Below, one piece after another: positions 55,631 through 64,000 of a stretch of 64,000 nucleotides of DNA (position 1 is its first letter; each line of letters opens with the position of its first letter). The translations under genes were made by a program, and so were the position numbers. The stretch lies in assembly GCF_009914755.1 (NCBI RefSeq), contig NC_060933.1. One strand, written 5' to 3'. The notes under the pieces are model-generated. The model did not search any database and was not told the DNA's origin. It worked only from the letters and a program-made list of their open reading frames with translations. The DNA comes from the human T2T-CHM13v2.0 reference genome, Homo sapiens.

Positions 55631-58600
55631 CATTTACCCTATTTCATGCTTACATGCAGACCCGTTTTAGCTTTTACCTTGTAAAAATGGGATTCTACCC
55701 ATACACCTTGCTCTCCATGTTGCCCTAAAGAATCTGCCCAGTAACCAGTTCTTGTCACTTTCATCACTTGCCTTATGTTGGTGTGAAGGAAATCAGATGT
55801 CACTAATAGGAGGGAGGGGTCCCAGGCACCTCTAAAATGAATAACAAGGTCCTTCCAGAAGGAGAATATTCCTGTAGAAATTCTAGTTATTGTTGCAATT
55901 AACCCAGTGAATGAGGATTTGTTTATTGAATGCAGCACAGGGCAACTGCATGATGAATTGTCAGGAAAGACGTCCAAACTTCTTTAACTTTCATTGTTTG
56001 CACTGAAACATGGAATTAATATGGCTGATTTGAAGGGGAAGAGACATCTCGGAGGGTCACTGCAAAGTATTAAGGATCTGAATTATGGAGTATTTTAAAG
56101 GAATGAAATCTTGTGACATTTAAGTTCTGAAATTTACCAGAAATAAAATATCTACAAGGAGATCTGATGGTCCTGCCTATAGAGAAAATGTGAGTGAATA
56201 AATGAGTGAGCCAATGAATGAAATTCACTGGATTCTGGGGGTGAGGAAAACAAAGAGCTAGTGACATGAAAGATTATTTGGGGTTTTAAGGGCATGATGT
56301 ATTAAATACTATTAAATTGCATAGCAAAAAAATCACATTTTTAATTCCCTTCATACATTTTGATTCCCTAAGGAGGAAGGCTCAATGCACAGCTATTGAT
56401 TCACACTTTGCTAACCTTTGCCAATCACCCTTAAAAATATGTAAAGAAAGAGAAGATAATTCTTCAGCCTGGAGCCATCAATAGACAACATCTAGCCAGA
56501 AATTAATAACTTGTACTGTTTCATTTGAATTAATGTTTACTGATAGCTTTTATTTATGAACTGACTCTTATTTTCATTTACCTATGTGACATAAAGTTTC
56601 CTCTGGAAATATATTTATTTATGGAAAAATGAGAGTAGATATAAAGCAAAGTATTCCTGAAGCAGTACATGTGATTCAAGATATGTGAAACTCCAAGCAT
56701 GTTATATGAATGACAGATGTTTGGGAAGCACTGCGTTAACACATAAATTGTTCATATACCACAGTTCTTTAAATATTTGTTGCTTAAAGTAGGTCAAACA
56801 TGTCCCTTGTTTACACTATTACTTGCTTAGCATGTTAGTTTCTTCATAGATGCTGTAAAAAATCATTTCTTCCAATGCAGAGACATTTTTGCACTTTCCC
56901 AATTATTTGAGCCAAATTTAATGAGATTTCATAGTAAAAGAATCCTAATGTGGAATATTAGCTTCACAAAAAGTAATGGTCCCTCAGGAAATCAGGAAAT
57001 TGTTTTATGACTAACAATTTAGGCTAGGGTAGTTGTTTGGAAAGCTCATGGGATCTTCTAATATCCAGGGCAATTGATGGAGAATAAAGACAATTATGTT
57101 TACATTCCAATCCTCTCTTTAATCAATTTTTCTTTTTCTATAGCTTTGTCTGCCTTTTCAAAATAGGAACAGAAGGAAAAAAAAGGTGGCTTAATGTGAA
57201 GGTGGTGTGGGGAGGGGGTTGGAAAGTAGGTAAATGGGCTGAATTAAAAGTAATGAAAAAAAATAAAAACAGAACCTTGACAGGGGAAGCATTTTATAGA
57301 TGATTCATTCCAAAAGATAGCAAAAAACACATCCTTTGGAAATTGGCAGATGTGACTTCAATTGCTGGCTTTGCCACCTACCAGCCATGAGCCTCAATTT
57401 CCTCATTAGTGTATAGTATAATGGCGTGATTAAATCTTGCTCATTGGAAAAAAGCACAAGTGGGAAAGAGAGGGTAGGGGAATAAGTCAGGAAACAGCTT
57501 TGGGGGGTTGATTGAAAAAGTATTCCTCTTCCTAAAAGAATTTGGAAGTCGTAGTTTTCAATCAGAACAATTAGGATCTGTAAAAGTTGTTCTTATGAAG
57601 ATAAATCAAAGTACATCTATTGTCAGACAGAAATATTTTCAGAGTGCAGCTATAGAGCAACATAATTGTTTTTCAATAAAAAAGCACATATTTACAGGGC
57701 TCTACAAATATTCGACCAAGACCTAAAAGCATAACCACAGTGATCTTTACCTATGAAGACGCAGAGGCAGGTTTCTCTTACAGTCTGGAGAATTTTGGCC
57801 TCTTTCTAAGCATTCATGAATTTTAGAAGCACAGAATCCAGGTTTTGCTCTATATCAGCTATATTAGGGTGAGATGCTGGCCATGGGTCATATTTTCAAT
57901 ATAAAACTTACTCTCCTGCAACAAGTGATTAGCTCTAATCCCCTTTAATTTCTTACAGATCATGGGCTTAGTTAATATGCATGTCTGTCATAAGGGGCTG
58001 GCATTATGCTAAAAATCTGGTCCCAGCATGTTGGGAAATGTATTATGAACAATGTCATCTTTACTTAGCTGAGACTCTCCCTTTAGTCTGAAGACGAGTG
58101 ATTAAGAGTAAGTAAAAGAGGAGGAGAGCAGAGTAGTGACAGGTCTTGGTGAAGTGCAAGATTTGACTGGGGTCCGTACACTTATGGCAGATAGTGGGTT
58201 TGATGAATGCAGTGGGAGGAGGATGCATATGGAGCCCAGACTCTGCAGAAAGGAGTTCCCACATTCATTCTCGAGAGGGCAGGAAATTTAAGATGAGGCC
58301 AGGATGTCTAATACCATAGCTAATCCAAAAAGCCAGGCAGGCCTCTCTGTCCAAAGTAGGAACTGGCTAAGTTGAACTTTTCTGACCACCTTGAGAGTGT
58401 GAGACAGCCCATAGCCATGGGTTACCTTTCTCTATTTTGTTGGAATACCAGAATTAGTGCATCACAGTGTGCTAACGAATCTGTGTTTGGGGCCAAGAAT
58501 TCCTGCCTCAGACATCATCCTTAAGACTATTATGGCTTGCCATTGTCTTAGCTCACTTTCCTGGCACACTAACTTCAGAGAGTCTTCAAACAGGATGGTC

Positions 58601-58642
58601 ACCACTGTAGTAAGAATAGGACACTGGAAAGCATGTTGTAAC

Positions 58643-59104
58643 TGGGAGGTAGGAGGCAGGACTCAACTCCAGAGGCAGGGCTTGGACACTGGACCAGATT
58701 GAGGACTAGCTAAAACAGGGAAGAGGTAACCTCTCCACAAGACATGCCCACTAGTGTGCATGTCAGTTTCCCATTGCCATGGCAACACCTAGAAGTTACT
58801 GTCCCTTTCCAAGCCAATGACTTGACAATCTGAAAGTTACCATCCTTTTTCTAGAAATGTCCACATAATCTGCCCCTTAATTTGCATAAATATGACTAAA
58901 CAACTGCCTCTGAGCTGCTGCTCTGGGTGCACTACCTGTAGGTAGCCCTGCTTCACTAGGAGCAGTACCTCTGCTGCTGCTGTACACTGCCACTTTAATA
59001 AAAGTTGCCCAGCACCACCAGCTTGCCCTTGAATTCTTTCCTGGGAAAAGCCAAGAACTCTCCTGGGCTAAGCTCCGGTTTTGGGGCTCACCTGTCCTGT
59101 ATCA
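58643..59104 (+). mobile_element. MER41-family ERV1 solo LTR (MER41C/E-like)
   Basis: taggaggcaggactc...ttgccatggcaac...taatttgcat...aataaaagttg...gccaagaac...ttttggggctcacctgtcctgtatca. Confidence 0.85.
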
Positions 59105-59220
59105 ACTAGAAAGCTTTATGTGACTTAAAACAGGCTCATTAAGAGATGATTCAGTCCCAGGGTTGTTGGGTGATGTTCCAAGGGGCCCAGGAGGGGATGC
59201 CTTGAGGAAGGAAGAGATAG

Positions 59221-59772
59221 TGTTACTGACAAAGCCAGTCCTCCAAAAGATGGGGTCTTTCTTTGTTTGGTGTCATGAAGCCAATATGTGAAACCAAAAG
59301 TGATTGTCAGGCAATGCAGGCTTCATTTGATGGCCGTGGAACTGAGAAGCAGGAGCGTGGCTCACAAATCAACTTCTCAGTTCATGAGAGCTAGGAAGCC
59401 ACAGATATGGGGCACCTTAAATGTAGGTGTTGGGTATTAAAAGCAAGGATAGGAATATTCATGTCTTTTCCAGAAATAGGCAGACAATTTCTCAGGACCA
59501 GAGTGCTGCCTTCCTTTTTGTCCTTTTATGGTTTCTTCCAGTCATTGTCATGGTGATTGTCAATAGTCATGGGCTGGAGGGAAGGTCATTTAACATGGAA
59601 ATTAGATTATAATGAAGTTAGAGGTTCTGCAGAGGTCAAGTGAGCTGCCGTCTTGGATCCTTCCAGTTTCAGCCAATTTGGTCGCCAGGGGAAACTTCTA
59701 ATTGCAAGCATCCTGTTTCTTAAAGATAAGCAGAATTAAGGTGGAGTAAAATTTCAGCTAGGTCACATAACA
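59221..59772 (-). mobile_element. ERV1-class solo LTR (MER67-like; subfamily uncertain)
   Basis: TGTTA...TAACA inverted termini with 4-bp flanks ATAG/GTAG. Confidence 0.7.
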
Positions 59773-60899
59773 GTAGGTTTAGGGTCGACTGAGGTGTTGA
59801 GGGATGAATCCCCGTTGCTGACTCAGTCAGAGCAAACTCATTTTTAATTGATATTCATATTGGGACGCTAAGTCAGATTCTTTTTAAATTAGATGCACTT
59901 CTGAGGCTCAAATCATCACAAGAACCAGTAACAGGACCCAATCTCCCCATTTTCTAGGTGCTGAATTGAGGCCCATGGAGATATTCAACGAGAGTTGTGA
60001 GCCAACTGCTGCATCAGGTGTGTTGTACAGTGGTGATCAGGACAGATACCTTCCCACTCTCTTGGAAGTTACATTCTGCTGAGTGAAGTGGAAGACGCCC
60101 AGATAGCAAACAAATCATTAATAAATTATACAACAGTTTCTGCTCCGGGTCAGCCTGGAGTGCTCTTGAGCACCCAGTCAGGCTCTAAAGAAGTCTCATT
60201 CCTCCTTAGTCTTCCATAGGGTTCTAGAGATCCCCTGGGGTTTAGAAATGCCCTGAAGCTCTCCTTACATGGGGGTTGGAGAGAGTAGCCTGGGTGCAGG
60301 TGACCTGGAAATGCCACCTGCAGGAAGGCAGCCTACTGGGCTTGCCACTCTCTCTATGGCTCTTTTCTCAGTCCACATGTCAGACACATCCTGGCAGCAG
60401 ATATTCTCACAGTCAACTAATTGGGCTTAGCCCAGTGCCTCTCAGAAGCTTCTCCTTATTAGCAACTTGATCCTGCCTCCAGGTGTCCCAAGTTCCTACC
60501 CTTGGGCTATTAATGTTTTACCTCAACATTAATGAATGCTCCAATGGAACCTCTTCCATCAGGAAAAATTTGATCCCCTATCAGAACTTCTCCTAAATCA
60601 TTTCCAACAGAAAATGTTTCTCTTCTCTCAAGAGTAGGATGCCCTTGGTCATTAGAATTGCCTGGCCTGCATGAGGTGGAAAGAGTGGAGGGAGGGAGGA
60701 ACAATTTCACTGTGATCCGAGAAGAGTCATTTTTGCACGCCAAATGGAAAAAATGACTCTTTTTGTAGCAAACGCAGAAAAAAAGAAGAAAAGCAATATA
60801 TTTCCACATATCAATGATACACTGAATATTCAAACACTGAGATCCTGCTACCATGCCAATTGTGGTAAATGGTTTGATAGACAAATGTGGAGTGAGATG

Positions 60900-61810
<911 letters not shown>

Positions 61811-63086
61811 TCATTGTTCAAGGCTGCTGTAGTGGTTCTTCCCAGCAGAAGTACCCTGCACAAATCTCAGTGAGGTGATCAGCAGCCCTAGAAGGCAGAG
61901 CTCCAGACTCTAATCTCCACCTTTAGATTCCCCAAATTCCATGGCCATAACTGGCCACTTTTGAAAGGTGATTTTCTTCAGAATTCCTTTGAGGAAGGTC
62001 ATGCTTTTGGCCTGTGACTTTGATGTCAGGTGTTAATAGTACTCAGCCTCTAAGAGAGACATAAAAAACAAAATCAAAGGGAAAGGTTTCTTTCCCCTTG
62101 GGACATTCCTAAGATCTTATTTCAGGAAAGAAAAGGGGGCTGAATGTTAATGTTTCTCAATGCCCAATAAGGCTTTAAAATCCCATTGATAGTTTAGCAA
62201 CCAGAAGAGACTTTCTCAAGTCTACTGGCACATGACAGAAGGTGATGATGAACCAGGGTCTCTCAGAAGGTAAGAGAAACCAGTGCCTCTTTCATTTTTT
62301 GAGTCATTCCTGATATGTTAAAAATAAAGAAATGCTAAAACAGAGATATAAAAATTGTGCCATATTTTAAATATTTTCAATGAAGAACTTAATGCTGTTA
62401 ACAAACACAATGCCATATGAGCCATTCACGATGGTATTAAGAGATTTATGAATATTTTTAGGTATAGTTCAATATAGGCAGTGTGGTCTGGAAACAGGTA
62501 GACAAATATAATTTTAAAGCATATTAACACCAACTCCACACGACATATAGGAAACGTGTGCCAAAGTTTCATTTGATTAATGCAGGAAAAATGACACCAG
62601 TTAAAAAGGAGGCTATGAAAAATTGAGATTCTTACAGCAAATGGGCAATTCAGGAATGCTAAAGTATGATTACTAAATTAGATATTAAATGATGAATATG
62701 CCACAGAGTAATGAAACATAATCTGTGGCTTATCTTATCTTAGAGCCAGAAAAGAAATTTATCACACCTTATTGGTTTCTCAGAATTGTAAATATCTGGA
62801 CCCCAATCAATTGTGCGAACTCAGTTACCTTTCCCTAGAGAGTCTGATGACCCTTCATCAGACCTGTTGAGCAATGCATGGTATTAAAGAACATACAATC
62901 ATGCTTTGCCTTGTTTCTAAATTTTTCTTAGCAAGACACAAGTTTAAAATTGTATGACAGACATCTGCTGCTTTTAGTCTTACCTCTGTGACTGGTTGCA
63001 TAAATATCTATTCCCAGGAGACCAGGGCAAATAGTCCTTCTACATCTTCACCTTCAATACACGAACACCAGTCAGTTGTATCAAGC

Positions 63087-64000
63087 TGCAAGCCAAAAAT
63101 AAAATTCTAAGGCCCCCAGTTGACTGAACGGATGCCTCTTCTTGGCCAAGGGCATTCCAAAGTAAACCGAAAAACTAGTTCAGGTGGCAATGGAAAGGGG
63201 AATCAGACCTGCCTCATTATACCCTCCTCCCTTTGGGATTCAGGCATAACTTACCAACATTAACATTAAAATAGAGATCTTAAGATTGACAAAACAGACT
63301 CTCTAGCAAATAAGATACCAGATTCCAACCTGACTCTGGTATAGCATCACATGACAGACAGTAGGCTCTGAAAAAAATTGAAGTATTTTTCCCCAAACTA
63401 TATTTTTTGGACGTATTTTGAAATGGCCCTGTAAAGTTGTCTGACGGAGAAAATCTACATTCTGTACAGAAGGCTCTTTCCTTCCCAGGTCCTTTCCTGA
63501 TCCAGGAGAGAGTTAATTCTTAAAGATTAAAATTAGATTAAAGATTAAGATTAGAGAAAGATTGAGATTAGACTCTTAAATCTAGCACATTTTAGAGTCC
63601 GATAAGAGACATTTACCATCTATTCTCTCTGAAGCCTGCTACCTGGAGGCTTCACCTACCTAACAAGAACCTTGGCTTCCACAGTCTCCCCTTATCTTAA
63701 CTACAAACGTTTCTTTCTGCTGACTTCAACACTTCAGGCAGAAGTTTCAACCAATTATCAATCGTGAAATATTTAAACCACCCAAGACCTGGAAGACTTC
63801 ACTTCTCCATATTCTGCTTTTCTAACAGGAATCAATGTACACCTTACACGTATTGGCTTATGTCTCTGCCTGTAACTTCTGTCTCCCTAAAATGTATAAA
63901 ATCAAGCTGTAAGCCAACCACCTGGGGTATATGTTCTCAGGACTTATTGAGGCTGTGCTTCAGGACTTGATCATTCACATTTGGCTGAGAATAAGCCTCT
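63087..64000 (+). mobile_element. MER4-family ERV1 LTR (MER4D/E-like), running off the window
   Basis: ccaaaaataaaattctaaggccccc...ttggccaagggcattccaaag...ccctaaaatgtataaaatcaagctgt. Confidence 0.85.

Overview
Primate (almost certainly human) genomic DNA containing the 3' end of NTRK2 (TrkB, the BDNF/NT-4 receptor tyrosine kinase) on the + strand. Bases 1-17008 are the distal part of a long intron. The last two coding exons are 17009-17167 ([22 protein letters not shown]...SNNE) and 18055-18240 (VIECITQGR...SPVYLDILG*). A ~5.6 kb, almost transposon-free 3' UTR follows, ending at tandem AATAAA signals near 23.8 kb. The remaining ~40 kb is intergenic and dominated by interspersed repeats: Alu/FAM, MIR, L2, L1, CR1/L3, MaLR/ERVL/ERV1 LTRs, and hAT and mariner fossils. 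I found no other protein-coding gene, RNA gene or CRISPR-like array; the other ORF-track entries are repeat-derived or have no support. I cannot claim a new biological system from sequence alone. The best leads are hypotheses: (i) a recursive-splice-site-like motif (pyrimidine tract-TAG|GTAAGC with an embedded RBFOX TGCATG) at 14837; (ii) a frame-preserving 42-nt MIR-derived candidate cassette exon in the intron equivalent to the TrkC kinase-insert position; (iii) a possible NMD-immune last-intron readthrough isoform lacking the PLC-gamma tyrosine; (iv) a candidate ETS/RFX/YY1 regulatory element ~14 kb downstream of the gene; (v) a two-LTR ancient ERVL provirus carrying many nested insertions; (vi) an isolated perfect 23-mer dispersed repeat and a snap-back repair scar inside an Alu. 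Repeat subfamily names come from memory of consensus sequences and should be confirmed with RepeatMasker/Dfam.
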